This document shows positions 1 to 10,604 of a stretch of 64,000 bases of DNA, one piece after another. A model generated the notes under the pieces. That model did not search any database and was not told the DNA's origin. It saw only the letters and a list, made by a program, of their open reading frames with translations. The DNA comes from Gammaproteobacteria bacterium (lineage in GTDB: Bacteria > Pseudomonadota > Gammaproteobacteria > Eutrophobiales > Eutrophobiaceae), in assembly GCA_965116495.1 (NCBI GenBank), contig OZ220696.1, positions 864,001 through 928,000 on the forward strand, given 5' to 3'. The translations under genes and the position numbers were made by a program. Each line of letters begins with the position of its first letter. Within the stretch, counting starts at the first letter, position 1.

Positions 1-279
1 GATTAAACATGGCTTGACAAGCGTTTTGCAGGGTAACTTGAAAGTAGGTGATAACCGACTGAAGTTATTATCATGCGGGTATTGTAAGTTTTAGCAGCCC
101 GGGGCGCGCGACTGTGCCGGATATGAAAATGTAACCATATCGGCATACCCGGGTTTAGTCGTAGCTGCAAAACGGCAGCACGAGAACAGATTAACGTGGC
201 TCCCATCCGTCAGCCGGTATAGCCGGCTGCTGACTGTCTGTCAGGGCATGGTCGAGCTGAAAAGTAAAGGACATTTACA

Positions 280-2295
280 ATGAAAAGAATGTTGATTAAC
301 GCAACTCAGCCGGAGGAGTTGCGGGTGGCGCTAGTGGATGGCCAACGTTTGTATGATCTTGATATTGAAGCAACAGGGCGAGAACAGAAGAAATCAAGCA
401 TCTATAAATGCCGTATCGTCAGGATAGAACCCAGCCTTGAAGCTGCATTTGTTGATTTCGGCGCCGAAAGACATGGTTTCCTCCCATTTAAGGAAATTGC
501 CCGCTCCCTGCTCAAATCCAGAAATAATGAGGATAATCGCAGCCGCGTAAACGTCAAGGACGCGCTGGAGGTAGGACAGGAATATATAGTCCAGGTGGAA
601 AAGGAAGAACGCGGGAACAAGGGTGCGGCCCTGACCACATTTATCAGTCTTGCCGGCCGCTACCTGGTCCTTATGCCCAATAACCCCAGGGCGGGGGGGG
701 TCTCCAGACAGATAGAAGGCAATGATCGAAGTGATGCCCGCGAGGCAATGAGCACACTGGAAATTCCCCAGGGCATGGGCTTGATTCTACGTACCGCCGG
801 CGTAGGCAAGAGTGCTGAAGAATTGCAGTGGGACCTGGACTACCTGAAGGTGCTCTGGGATTCCATCAAGACAGCAGCCAAGGAAAAACCCGGGCCGTTC
901 CTTATTTACCAGGAGAGTGAAGTAATCATCAGGGCAATCCGGGATTACCTGAGGAGCGATATCGCCGAGATCTGGGTCGATGATAATGATATCTTCCACA
1001 GGGCACGGGACTTTATGCAACAGGTTATGCCCCATAACCTGAGCAAGTTGAAACTCTATTCAGGAAGCGATCCCCTGTTCAGTCGGTACCAGATCGAGGG
1101 ACAGATTGAAACTGCTTTTGCCAGGGAGGTCCAACTCCCGTCCGGAGGCGTGCTGATCATCGATCATACCGAGGCTCTGACCTCCATAGATATCAATTCA
1201 GCGCGCGCTACCAAGGGTGAAGACATTGAAGAAACGGCGTTTAATACCAACCTGGAAGCGGCCGATGAAATTGCACGGCAATTACGTCTGCGTGACATGG
1301 GCGGCCTGTTTGTCATCGACTTTATCGACATGGCGAACAACAGGAACCAGCGTGATGTGGAAAACCGCCTGAGGGACGGTCTCAAGGTAGATCGCGCCCG
1401 GGTGCAAACAGGCCGTATTTCGCGTTTTGGCCTGCTTGAGATGTCGCGTCAGAGATTAAGACCATCCCTGGGAGAATCGAGTCACATACCATGCCCGCGC
1501 TGTGACGGGCAAGGGACTATCCGCGGTATCAAGTCGTTGTCACTGGCAGTCCTGAGAATTATCCAGGAGGAAGCCATGAAAGAATTGACGGCTAAAGTAG
1601 TGGCTCAGATGCCGGTGGATGCCGCCACCTTTTTGCTGAATGAGAAGCGCCAGTCCATACGCGAGATAGAACAACGCCTGGACGTGGAAATTATTATAAG
1701 TCCCAACCCGATGATGGAGACTCCTCAATACCAGGTACAACGCATAAACCTCTCGGAGTCTGCGTCGGACTTGTCCCAGAAAGAAAGTTACAAATTTGCG
1801 GAAGTCAAACAGGACGCCGCTACAGGCGCTATTACCAACGATAGCCGGAAAATACCGGAAAGACCTGCCTTGACACAGGTTATCCCGGAAAGACCGGTTC
1901 CTACAGCAAAACCGAATAAGGGAAAAGGACTGCTGAATCGACTGTTCGATAAGCTGTTTCACTCTCCTGATGAACAGAAAAAACCGGACAGTAAGGCCAC
2001 GCCCAAGAAACCCCAGTCCCAGCGCAGTAGAGGCAGAAACAGATATTCCGGTAACCAGGCGAACAGGCAACAACGCAGGGGGTCCCGCAGGAACGATAAT
2101 TCTGCGGGCAACAGCCAGCGCAGACAGGGAAACCGGGACCAGTCCAATAATGAAAATCGGCAATCCCGCTCCACCGCGAGAACCAGGAATAGCCGTGAAA
2201 AAAAACAGGTGAGTGACAATCCCGACAGCAGCATCAAACCTGATAACGGTGTGGAAAAAACGGAAGTCGCCGTCAGCACAACGCCGGAAGAGTAA
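280..2295 (+). CDS. rne: Ribonuclease E (short C-terminal scaffold)
   Basis: N-terminus [31 protein letters not shown]1 domain, IDINS and VIDFIDM catalytic motifs, Zn-link CPRC, membrane-targeting helix ([11 protein letters not shown]) and Arg-rich region. Confidence 0.97.
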   Translation: MKRMLINATQPEELRVALVDGQRLYDLDIEATGREQKKSSIYKCRIVRIEPSLEAAFVDFGAERHGFLPFKEIARSLLKSRNNEDNRSRVNVKDALEVGQEYIVQVEKEERGNKGAALTTFISLAGRYLVLMPNNPRAGGVSRQIEGNDRSDAREAMSTLEIPQGMGLILRTAGVGKSAEELQWDLDYLKVLWDSIKTAAKEKPGPFLIYQESEVIIRAIRDYLRSDIAEIWVDDNDIFHRARDFMQQVMPHNLSKLKLYSGSDPLFSRYQIEGQIETAFAREVQLPSGGVLIIDHTEALTSIDINSARATKGEDIEETAFNTNLEAADEIARQLRLRDMGGLFVIDFIDMANNRNQRDVENRLRDGLKVDRARVQTGRISRFGLLEMSRQRLRPSLGESSHIPCPRCDGQGTIRGIKSLSLAVLRIIQEEAMKELTAKVVAQMPVDAATFLLNEKRQSIREIEQRLDVEIIISPNPMMETPQYQVQRINLSESASDLSQKESYKFAEVKQDAATGAITNDSRKIPERPALTQVIPERPVPTAKPNKGKGLLNRLFDKLFHSPDEQKKPDSKATPKKPQSQRSRGRNRYSGNQANRQQRRGSRRNDNSAGNSQRRQGNRDQSNNENRQSRSTARTRNSREKKQVSDNPDSSIKPDNGVEKTEVAVSTTPEE

Positions 2296-2325
2296 CGCTC
2301 AGCGGGAAAACTCGCGGACTGGAGC

Positions 2326-3297
2326 ATGAGCAATACCTGGCAGCAGGATACCGGTGAAACGGATCCGGGTTTTGAGCAAACCCTGGTAAATCGGATTGCC
2401 AGGGAATTCCTGGCCGAACAGCGCCGCGCCAGGCGCTGGAATATCGCATTCAAGCTGTTTATCGCCTTGTTCATGCTGCTTTTCCTGTTGATATACCTGT
2501 TTGGCAAAATCGACATATCACCCGGCAAACTGACTGATGGTAAACACACCGCCCTGATAGATATCCAGGGCATTATTGCAAGTAGTTCACAAGCGAGGGC
2601 TGATTATGTAACAGCAAGTTTGCGTGCGGCGTATGAGGACAGCAATACGGCAGGCATCATTCTTCGCATTAACAGCCCGGGAGGCAGCCCTGTTCAGGCA
2701 GGCCATGTCAACGATGAAATCAAGCGTCTGAAAAAAGGCCATCCCGACATTCCGGTTTACGCGGTAATCGGTGACCTGTGTGCTTCCGGAGGCTATTATA
2801 TCGCTGTGGCAGCTGACATGATCTATGCCGATAAGGCCAGCCTGGTCGGCTCAATCGGGGTTGTAATGGCAGGCTTCGGTTTTGTTGACGCCATTGAAAA
2901 ACTGGGGATTCAACGGCGCATGTATCATGCAGGCGAACACAAGTCATTCCTTGATCCGTTTTCACCAGAACAGGACGATGATCTGGATCATCTTGATCAA
3001 CTGCTGGACGGAATTTATCGACAGTTTGTGCAGATCGTAAGGGAAGGCAGGGGTGATCGCCTGGTACAGGATGACAGAATATTTTCCGGTCTGGTGTGGA
3101 CAGGCGAACAGTCCGTAGAGTTGGGCCTGATTGACGGTCTGGGGAATGCCGACTATGTTGCCCGTGAAGTTATCGGGGCTGAAGAGATAGTGGATTTTAC
3201 CTACCAGGATACCTTGCTGGAGCAATTCTCACGGGAGATAGGCGCGTTGTTTACAAACCGTATTAAACAGAGTTACACTCCATATAATATACATTAA
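2326..3297 (+). CDS. sppA: S49 family signal peptide peptidase (SppA-like)
   Basis: LRINSPGGSP, ASGGYYIA and GSIGV motifs; N-terminal TM; usual neighbour of maf. Confidence 0.9.
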   Translation: MSNTWQQDTGETDPGFEQTLVNRIAREFLAEQRRARRWNIAFKLFIALFMLLFLLIYLFGKIDISPGKLTDGKHTALIDIQGIIASSSQARADYVTASLRAAYEDSNTAGIILRINSPGGSPVQAGHVNDEIKRLKKGHPDIPVYAVIGDLCASGGYYIAVAADMIYADKASLVGSIGVVMAGFGFVDAIEKLGIQRRMYHAGEHKSFLDPFSPEQDDDLDHLDQLLDGIYRQFVQIVREGRGDRLVQDDRIFSGLVWTGEQSVELGLIDGLGNADYVAREVIGAEEIVDFTYQDTLLEQFSREIGALFTNRIKQSYTPYNIH

Positions 3298-3389
3298 TAC
3301 AGTATGTTAACAAGCAATGTTAAGAAAACTCTGAACAAGTCCATCCGGGACTTGTCTTCGTGAAGCTCTGACTTAATCTCAGAGGTTCC

Positions 3390-3965
3390 TTAAGGTATTA
3401 TATAACCTTCATTCCGTAGCATTCCCTGCAGTGATATCAAAGGCAGTCCCAGCAGGGCGGTGTTGTCATCGCCACTGATACGACGGACGAGAGTAATGCC
3501 TGCTGCTTCCGATTTGAAGCTGCCGGCACAATCGTAAGGTTTGTCCAGACCCAGGTAGCGTTCGATCTCGGTATCGGTTAATTCCCTGAACTGGACTTCT
3601 ACCGTTACCGTGTCATGCTGTTGTCGTCCCGACCGGCTGTTGATGAGACAAACGCAGGTCAGAAACTCCACCACCTGCCCGGACATAATCTTGAGCTGAC
3701 GCCACGCATCTGCATGTCCCGCAGGTTTCGTCAGTATCTGTCCACCTGCAACAGCCACCTCGTCTGATCCTATCACTAGTGCGTCTGCATGCAATTTCGC
3801 TATAGTCAGGGCTTTTTCCCGGGCCAGTCGCTCGACCAGGGCCGGCGCCGTTTCATCCGCCCTGATTCTTTCATCTATGCCGGGGGGATGACAGATGAAA
3901 GGAAGACGCAACCGTTCCAGCAAGGACTTGCGGTGGACTGATGAAGATGCCAGTACCAGTTTCAT
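3390..3965 (-). CDS. yceF: Maf family nucleotide pyrophosphatase (YceF-like)
   Basis: LVLASSS..R, IDE, IGSD, KP and DCAGSFKSE motifs; divergent from yceD. Confidence 0.9.
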   Translation of the reverse strand: MKLVLASSSVHRKSLLERLRLPFICHPPGIDERIRADETAPALVERLAREKALTIAKLHADALVIGSDEVAVAGGQILTKPAGHADAWRQLKIMSGQVVEFLTCVCLINSRSGRQQHDTVTVEVQFRELTDTEIERYLGLDKPYDCAGSFKSEAAGITLVRRISGDDNTALLGLPLISLQGMLRNEGYIIP

Positions 3966-4014
3966 TTTCACATGATGATCCGTAACCCCCTGTCAAGTCA
4001 ATAGTTTGACAGCC

Positions 4015-4186
4015 CAGGGACATCTTAAAGTCATTACCCGCTTTCAAATCTCCCACCCGTCATTCCTGCACAAGCAGGAATCCAGTCAAACAATCATCCA
4101 TTGTTTATAAAAAATTACGTTTTCATTGGATTCCGGATCAAGCCCGGAATGACAGCGGGGCGTATACCGACTTTGAGATTGCCCTG
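4015..4186. mobile_element. 172-bp MITE-like element with 18-bp imperfect TIRs and 10-bp flanking direct repeat
   Basis: Ends CAGGGACATCTTAAAGTC / GACTTTGAGATTGCCCTG; TTTGACAGCC at 4005-4014 and 4187-4196; internal GTCATTCC...GGAATGAC palindromes; inverted copy at 47241-47440. Confidence 0.85.
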
Positions 4187-4187
4187 T

Positions 4188-4216
4188 TTGACAGCCACTT
4201 CTCCGGTCGTTAAACT
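4188..4216 (+). promoter_or_regulatory. sigma70 promoter of yceD-rpmF-plsX operon
   Basis: TTGACA-17 bp-TAAACT just upstream of ATG 4227. Confidence 0.7.
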
Positions 4217-4226
4217 TCAAACCCTG

Positions 4227-4727
4227 ATGTCGTCGGATATGCCCCACACGATAGCACCCGGGCGTCTTGCGGGAGCCGGGGTTTGTATTGAAGGACGACT
4301 CGAGTTGCATAAAATGACCCGACTGACCGAGTTGTTGATGGACAACCGGGGCATGGTTAACCTGAAACTTGCTTTTTGTCGCTCTGAGGATGGAATCAGT
4401 TCCATCACCGGAAGGTATGAGACAAACCTGCAACTTGTTTGCCAGCGATGCCTGGAGCCTTTTATGGTAAACCTGGCCCGTAACATTAATGTAGGGATAA
4501 TATTTGAAGGGGCAACATTAAAAAAACTGCCGGAGACACTGGAGCCGCTGGTACTGAAACAGGAAACCATTGTGCTGGCAGAATTTATCGAAGATGAAAT
4601 ATTACTGGGCTTACCGCTTTCACCCATGCATAATCCGGACGATTGTGCCGCAGGAGAACCTGCCATGGAGTATGGTCAATCCGGACCAGGCCCATTCCAG
4701 ATACTGAAAGAACTGAAACCGGGATAA
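4227..4727 (+). CDS. yceD: YceD/DUF177 23S rRNA accumulation protein
   Basis: [19 protein letters not shown] and PF.IL.ELK motifs; upstream of rpmF; start moved from 4101 (inside the MITE) to 4227. Confidence 0.9.
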   Translation: MSSDMPHTIAPGRLAGAGVCIEGRLELHKMTRLTELLMDNRGMVNLKLAFCRSEDGISSITGRYETNLQLVCQRCLEPFMVNLARNINVGIIFEGATLKKLPETLEPLVLKQETIVLAEFIEDEILLGLPLSPMHNPDDCAAGEPAMEYGQSGPGPFQILKELKPG

Positions 4728-4743
4728 TCAGGAGGCTGTTAGC

Positions 4744-4941
4744 ATGGCTGTACAACAACGAAAGAAATCAAGTTCGAAACGGGATTCGCGGCGAGCGCAT
4801 GACGCGCTGAAATCTCCCAGCCTTTCGATAGAACCTACGACAGGCGAAGTACACAGACGCCATCATATCAGTCCTGACGGTTATTACCGGGGAACCAAAG
4901 TGCTGAATTCCGAAGAAGATGATGATGATGGTGGTGAATAA
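4744..4941 (+). CDS. rpmF: 50S ribosomal protein L32
   Basis: [20 protein letters not shown]...GE.HRRHHI...GYYRG. Confidence 0.97.
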   Translation: MAVQQRKKSSSKRDSRRAHDALKSPSLSIEPTTGEVHRRHHISPDGYYRGTKVLNSEEDDDDGGE

Positions 4942-5004
4942 GGCTGACGGGTCAAGTACTTCCCTGAACAGACAATAATCTGATGGGATTGCCCATAATC
5001 TGAG

Positions 5005-6018
5005 ATGGCTTTCCGTCTGGCACTCGATGCCATGGGAGGGGACCATGGACCTGACGAGATCGTTTCTGCGGCAGTTTATTCGCTGAAAAAACACCAGGAT
5101 ATTGAACTTCTGCTGGTAGGACATGAACATGTAATCAAACCAGGACTGGCGCAACTGAGCCATGACCTGGCTGCCAGGGTTCAGGTAGTCCATGCGCCTG
5201 AAGTCGTTGAGATGGATGAAGCGCCTTCCTTTGCATTGCGCAATAAGAAAAAATCGTCGATGCGGGCTGCCATTGAACTGGTGAAAAAAGGACAAGCGCA
5301 TGCCTGTGTCAGTTCCGGTAATACCGGTGCATTAATGGCAATTTCGCGTTATGTTCTGAAGATGCTCCCGGGTATTGACAGACCTGCCATTTGTACGACC
5401 ATCCCGGGATTAAACGGCCATACCCATATACTCGATCTGGGCGCTAACGTTGATTCCAGCGCAAAACAGTTACTCCAGTTCGCCGTTATGGGAGCGGAAC
5501 TGACCGGCGCCATTGAAAATATCGAATCACCAAAGGTGGCACTGTTGAACGTTGGTACTGAAGAGAACAAAGGCAACAACAGGGTAAAACAAGCGGCATC
5601 ATTACTGTCCGACAGCCACATTAATTACATCGGGTTTGTCGAGGGCAACCACATTTATTCCGGTGACGCTGACGTCATCGTATGCGACGGTTTTGTCGGC
5701 AATATCGCGCTGAAAGCCAGTGAAGGCCTGGCTGAATTTTTTTATCACCAGGTAACCAGCGGATTTCAAAAAAACCTGTACGGCAAACTGGCTGCGGTGA
5801 TCTCGATTCCCGTATTGAAAACCATCCGCAGAAAAACCGATCCCCGGCGCTATAACGGCGCAAGTCTGCTTGGGTTACGCGGAATCGTTATCAAAAGCCA
5901 TGGCAGTGCAGACAGGGTATCCTTCGCAAACGCGATCGAAGAGGCTATTCTCGAGGTGGAGAAAAACATACCTGCAAGAATCACCTCCCGACTGGAAGCT
6001 TTACTGACCAGGGATTGA
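5005..6018 (+). CDS. plsX: Phosphate acyltransferase PlsX
   Basis: ALDAMGGDHGP, SGNTGALM, LDLGAN, DGFVGN, KSHG motifs. Confidence 0.97.
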   Translation: MAFRLALDAMGGDHGPDEIVSAAVYSLKKHQDIELLLVGHEHVIKPGLAQLSHDLAARVQVVHAPEVVEMDEAPSFALRNKKKSSMRAAIELVKKGQAHACVSSGNTGALMAISRYVLKMLPGIDRPAICTTIPGLNGHTHILDLGANVDSSAKQLLQFAVMGAELTGAIENIESPKVALLNVGTEENKGNNRVKQAASLLSDSHINYIGFVEGNHIYSGDADVIVCDGFVGNIALKASEGLAEFFYHQVTSGFQKNLYGKLAAVISIPVLKTIRRKTDPRRYNGASLLGLRGIVIKSHGSADRVSFANAIEEAILEVEKNIPARITSRLEALLTRD

Positions 6019-6021
6019 CTA

Positions 6022-6978
6022 TTGTATTGCTCTCAAATCATTGGCTGTGGCGGTTATCTTCCAGAGCGGGTTATGCTCAACGCGGAACTGGAAAGCCTGG
6101 TGGAAACATCGGATGAATGGATCCGCTCGCGCACGGGCATAAAACAGAGGCACATTGCCCGGGAGGATGAAACCACGTCTGAAATGGCCTGCAATGCATC
6201 ATTACAGGCAATTGAAATGGCCGGCATCGAACTTGACACGATTAACCTGATTATCGTTGCCACGTCAACTCCCGATCTTATCTACCCCAGTACGGCCTGC
6301 CTGGTCCAGAAAAGGCTCGGTTTGCGCAACGGCGCCGCGGCATTTGATGTCCAGGCCGTTTGCTCCGGTTTTATTTACGCGTTGAGTATCGCAGATCAAT
6401 TTATCAGGTCCGGGACAATGCAGCGTGCTCTTATCATCGGCGCCGACATGAACTCCAGGATACTGGACTGGACGGACCGAGCGACCTGTGTGCTGTTCGG
6501 GGACGGCGCCGGCGCCGTTATCCTGGATAGAAGCAACACGCCAGGTGTCTACAAGACGTTACTGCATGCCGACGGCAGTTATAGCGACTACCTGCAGGTA
6601 CCGTCCGGGATTTCCCGCCCGACTCCTGAACCCTTCATCCGTATGCAGGGAAATGAAGTTTTCAAGTTTGCCGTTAAGGCAATGGATGAGATCGTGGAAG
6701 AAACGCTTGCACATACCGATTTGACAAAAAAGGATATAGACTGGCTCGTGCCCCACCAGGCAAACCGCAGAATAATAGCAGCTACCGTAAAAAAACTGGG
6801 TATGAGTATTGATGAAGTGATACTCACCGTTGCGGAACACGGCAATACTTCGGCGGCATCCATCCCCCTGGCCCTGGATATCGGTATTCGGGACGGCCGT
6901 ATCAAGCGGGGAGAAATCCTGTTTATGGAAGCCGTTGGCGGAGGGTTTACCTGGGGCTCCGCATTGATTCGATATTGA
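6022..6978 (+). CDS. fabH: Beta-ketoacyl-ACP synthase III
   Basis: [39 protein letters not shown]. Confidence 0.97.
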   Translation: MYCSQIIGCGGYLPERVMLNAELESLVETSDEWIRSRTGIKQRHIAREDETTSEMACNASLQAIEMAGIELDTINLIIVATSTPDLIYPSTACLVQKRLGLRNGAAAFDVQAVCSGFIYALSIADQFIRSGTMQRALIIGADMNSRILDWTDRATCVLFGDGAGAVILDRSNTPGVYKTLLHADGSYSDYLQVPSGISRPTPEPFIRMQGNEVFKFAVKAMDEIVEETLAHTDLTKKDIDWLVPHQANRRIIAATVKKLGMSIDEVILTVAEHGNTSAASIPLALDIGIRDGRIKRGEILFMEAVGGGFTWGSALIRY

Positions 6979-6991
6979 TGATATCCGCGCT

Positions 6992-7924
6992 ATGAGTAAC
7001 GGTCTGGCATTCGTATTTCCCGGTCAGGGGTCCCAGTATGTGGGAATGCTCTCAGACCTGGCGGAAGACTTCCCGATTGTGGCCGATGTATTTTCCGAAG
7101 CATCGACTGAACTGGGTTATGACCTGCTGCCCGTGTGTCTCAACGGGCCGGAAGAACGGCTAAATCAAACGGAATACACCCAGCCCGCGCTATTGACGGC
7201 GGGTTATGCCATATGGCGTATCTGGCAGGAACAGGGAGGATTACGTCCTGAGTTCATGGCCGGTCATAGCCTGGGAGAATACACGGCCCTGGTCTGTGCC
7301 GGCGTTCTGGATTTTACCGACGCAGTCGGACTGATGGCGGAACGGGGACGGTTTATGCAGGAAGCAGTCCCCCGCGGCGCGGGGTCCATGGCGGCTGTTT
7401 CCGGACTGGATGATGCCGCGGTGATTGACGTGTGCGCCAGAGCCGCGCAGGATGAAGTCGTCTCTGCAGCTAATTTTAATTTCCCGGGGCAGGTGGTTAT
7501 TGCCGGCACTGCCGGGGCTGTGGAGCGCGCAGGCATACTGGCAAAGGAAGCAGGCGCACGGCGGGTCACACCGTTGGCAGTCAGCGTGCCGTCCCATTGC
7601 CGTTTAATGGCCCCTGCTGCGGACAGGTTGCAAAGACGTGTCAATGAGATAACGTTCACGCCTGCAAACATACCCGTTGTACAAAACACTGACGCCCGGG
7701 CCCGGACTGATCCCGATGATATCAGGCAGGCCCTGGTCTTACAGTTGCATCGTTCTGTCATGTGGTCGAAAAGCATAGCTGAAATTCAACAGCACGGTAT
7801 TAGCACGATGATAGAGTGTGGCCCCGGCAAGGTACTAAGCGGTTTGATCAGGCGTATAAGTAAAGATATAACCTGTATCAGTATCTCTGATACGGAATCC
7901 CTGAACTCGGCTTTGTCAAGGTAA
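6992..7924 (+). CDS. fabD: Malonyl-CoA:ACP transacylase
   Basis: FPGQGSQ, GHSLGEY, VSVPSH, GPGKVL. Confidence 0.97.
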   Translation: MSNGLAFVFPGQGSQYVGMLSDLAEDFPIVADVFSEASTELGYDLLPVCLNGPEERLNQTEYTQPALLTAGYAIWRIWQEQGGLRPEFMAGHSLGEYTALVCAGVLDFTDAVGLMAERGRFMQEAVPRGAGSMAAVSGLDDAAVIDVCARAAQDEVVSAANFNFPGQVVIAGTAGAVERAGILAKEAGARRVTPLAVSVPSHCRLMAPAADRLQRRVNEITFTPANIPVVQNTDARARTDPDDIRQALVLQLHRSVMWSKSIAEIQQHGISTMIECGPGKVLSGLIRRISKDITCISISDTESLNSALSR

Positions 7925-8077
7925 TCCGCAGATGACGCAGATTAACGCAGACAAAAAAGATTTTTATTGACACATTTTAATTTTATCTGCCTTTCATCTC
8001 GGAAAGAACTTGCCAGGTCAACCAGATTTCGCCATGAAACAAAATATAATCTGCGTTAATCTGCGTTAATCTGCGGA
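7925..8077. repeat. Inverted pair of (A)ACGCAGAT tandem units between fabD and fabG
   Basis: TCCGCAGATGACGCAGATTAACGCAGA (7925-7951) and TCTGCGTTAATCTGCGTTAATCTGCGGA (8050-8077). Confidence 0.8.
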
Positions 8078-8085
8078 AAAAAATT

Positions 8086-8835
8086 ATGAATAATCATCTC
8101 AAAGATCAGGTCGCGCTGGTAACAGGGGCGAGCAGGGGAATAGGAAAAGCAATTGCAGAGCGATTGGGCCAGGCAGGCGCCTATATCGCGGGCACGGCAA
8201 CAACTGAACAAGGTACGACCGGGATTGAGAATTTCTTCAAAGAGGCTGGAATAAACGGCCGGGGCTTTGTACTGGATATCAGCTCAAATGAATCTGTAGC
8301 CGGGCTGAGTGAATCCTTGAATGCAGCCGGTTTAACGCCGTCAATCCTGGTTAATAACGCAGGCATCACCCGGGATAACCTGATGATGAGAATGAAACAA
8401 CAGGAATGGGATGAAGTCATCGACACCAACTTGAACTCGGTTTATCGTTTGACGAAACTGTGCCTGCGCAATATGGTAAAAGCGCGTTATGGCCGGATCA
8501 TTAATATCACTTCCGTGGTAGCCCTGTCGGGGAACCCCGGACAGGCCAATTATGTTGCCGCCAAGTCGGGTATAATAGGTTTTACCCGGGCATTGGCGAA
8601 GGAAATCGGCAGTCGGGGCATCACTGTCAACTGTGTAGCTCCCGGCTTTATAGAAACGGACATGACGGCAGGACTTGCTGCCGGGCAACGCGAGAAATTA
8701 CTGGAGCAAATTCCCCTGGGCCGACTCGGTCTTGCCGGCGATATTGCGTATGCCGTCGAGTTTATTGCATCCACAGCTGCCGGCTATATCACCGGCGAAG
8801 TACTGAACGTAAATGGTGGAATGTACATGGCGTGA
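8086..8835 (+). CDS. fabG: 3-oxoacyl-ACP reductase
   Basis: TGASRGIG, NNAGITRDNL, GQANYVAAK, PGFIETDMT. Confidence 0.97.
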   Translation: MNNHLKDQVALVTGASRGIGKAIAERLGQAGAYIAGTATTEQGTTGIENFFKEAGINGRGFVLDISSNESVAGLSESLNAAGLTPSILVNNAGITRDNLMMRMKQQEWDEVIDTNLNSVYRLTKLCLRNMVKARYGRIINITSVVALSGNPGQANYVAAKSGIIGFTRALAKEIGSRGITVNCVAPGFIETDMTAGLAAGQREKLLEQIPLGRLGLAGDIAYAVEFIASTAAGYITGEVLNVNGGMYMA

Positions 8836-8934
8836 TCTATAATTCCAGTTTGATTTCAAATTGAGACTATATTGTTTTAGGACTATAATATATTCAGTTA
8901 TTCATGAAGAGCTGTCTGAGTTAACAAAAATAAC

Positions 8935-8963
8935 TTGAACGCAGGGAAGTTTTAGCTTATCGT
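8935..8963 (+). promoter_or_regulatory. Probable sigma70 promoter of acpP
   Basis: TTGAAC-17 bp-TATCGT followed by GC-rich discriminator. Confidence 0.55.
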
Positions 8964-9007
8964 ACACCCGCTTTCGGTCTTGGTACCGTGGAAGGAGGAT
9001 ATATCAC

Positions 9008-9244
9008 ATGAGCAACGTTGAAGAACGAGTGATGAAAATCATTGTAGAGCAACTGGGGGTAAAAGAGGAAGAAGTTACCAGTGAAGCATCGTTTGTTGAT
9101 GACCTTGGAGCTGATTCACTCGATACAGTTGAGTTGGTAATGGCCCTGGAAGAAGAGTTTAAGATTGAAATACCTGATGAGGATGCAGAAAAGATAACAA
9201 CTGTACAACAGGCAATCGACTATATTGATACACATCTTGAATAA
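9008..9244 (+). CDS. acpP: Acyl carrier protein
   Basis: [20 protein letters not shown]; strong GGAGG RBS. Confidence 0.98.
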   Translation: MSNVEERVMKIIVEQLGVKEEEVTSEASFVDDLGADSLDTVELVMALEEEFKIEIPDEDAEKITTVQQAIDYIDTHLE

Positions 9245-9266
9245 CTGCCGTAAATAAGTCCTTGAC

Positions 9267-9304
9267 AAGGCCGCTTCACAGGTTCATCTAAAGCGGCCTT
9301 TTTT
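9267..9304 (+). terminator. Intrinsic terminator between acpP and fabF
   Basis: AAGGCCGCTT...AAGCGGCCTT stem followed by T run. Confidence 0.75.
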
Positions 9305-9332
9305 CATTCATCCCATTGATGTTTTCCATACC

Positions 9333-10571
9333 GTGAACAAACGAAGAGTTGTAATTACCGGCCTTGGTCTGGTAACTCCTCTGGGTAATAGTGTCGAAGA
9401 ATCCTGGAACAATATCCTGGCAGGAAACAGTGGTGTTTCCGCAATTACGCACTTTGATGCAAGTGCCTTTTCGGTCAGGCTCTCGGGCTCGGTAAGGAAT
9501 TTTGAACTGGATTCCTATATCCCGAGAAAAGAACAAAAAAAAATGAGCACCTTCATACATTACGGTATGGCGGCAGGGATACAGGCGGTAGAACACGCGG
9601 GGATAGACGCGGAAGATCTTGACCCGTACCGGGTCGGCGTCACTATCGGCTCAGGCATAGGGGGTATCTACGGTATAGAAAAAGGGACAGAGAATATCCT
9701 GAACAACGGTCCCAGAAAGATCTCGCCGTTCTATGTGCCGAGTAATATCATCAATATGATTTCCGGCAACCTGTCAATCCGTTACGGTTTCAAGGGACCT
9801 AACTACTGCATTGTCACGGCATGCTCAACCGGGACTCATAACATAGGCGATGCGGCCCGGGTCATTGAGTACGGTGATGCCGACGTAATGGTCGCCGGCG
9901 GGGCCGAATATGCATCTTCGCCTACCTCCCTGGCCGGATTTGCCAACGCAAAAGCATTATCCACTCGTAATGACGAACCGGAAAAGGCAAGCCGCCCCTG
10001 GGACAGGGACCGGGATGGATTTGTGCTAAGTGACGGAGCAGGCGCCATAGTACTGGAGGAACTCGAACATGCCAGGGCAAGGGGCGCCGATATGTATGCA
10101 GAACTCACCGGCTACGGCATGAGTGGAGACGCCTATCATATGACTGCCCCCTCCGAGAATGGTGAAGGTGCAGTGCGCTGCATGCAGAATGCACTCAATA
10201 ACGCATGCATCGACAAAACCAGCATTGATTATATCAATGCCCACGGCACGTCGACACCGGCCGGCGACGTTATCGAAAGTAATGCAATCAAACAGGCTTT
10301 TGGTGAGCATGCAAAGCAATTGGCCGTCAGTTCCACAAAATCCATGTGTGGCCACATGCTTGGGGCCGCCGGCAGCGTAGAGGCCGTATTCTGCACCCTG
10401 GCTTTGCATAACCAGGTGGCGCCGCCCACCATCAACCTGGACAACCCCGACCCGGCCTGTGATCTGGATTATGTGCCCCATGAGGCGCGCAGCATGAAAT
10501 TGAACTACGTTATGTCCAATTCATTTGGTTTTGGCGGTACGAACGGGTGTATTATCCTGAAAAGAATCTAG
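9333..10571 (+). CDS. fabF: Beta-ketoacyl-ACP synthase II
   Basis: RRVVITGLG, TACSTG, NAHGTST, KSMCGHMLGAAG, SNSFGFGG. Confidence 0.97.
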   Translation: MNKRRVVITGLGLVTPLGNSVEESWNNILAGNSGVSAITHFDASAFSVRLSGSVRNFELDSYIPRKEQKKMSTFIHYGMAAGIQAVEHAGIDAEDLDPYRVGVTIGSGIGGIYGIEKGTENILNNGPRKISPFYVPSNIINMISGNLSIRYGFKGPNYCIVTACSTGTHNIGDAARVIEYGDADVMVAGGAEYASSPTSLAGFANAKALSTRNDEPEKASRPWDRDRDGFVLSDGAGAIVLEELEHARARGADMYAELTGYGMSGDAYHMTAPSENGEGAVRCMQNALNNACIDKTSIDYINAHGTSTPAGDVIESNAIKQAFGEHAKQLAVSSTKSMCGHMLGAAGSVEAVFCTLALHNQVAPPTINLDNPDPACDLDYVPHEARSMKLNYVMSNSFGFGGTNGCIILKRI

Positions 10572-10604
10572 TGGTCTTTCAATTTGATATTGCCGGATAA
10601 ATAC

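Noticed and set aside
4101-4226. N-terminal extension of yceD in the ORF track
   Set aside because: It lies in the MITE and upstream of the promoter; the true start is probably 4227.
4744-4941. Cys-free L32 with an acidic tail
   Set aside because: Zinc-free L32 is normal in Gammaproteobacteria and short acidic tails are common.
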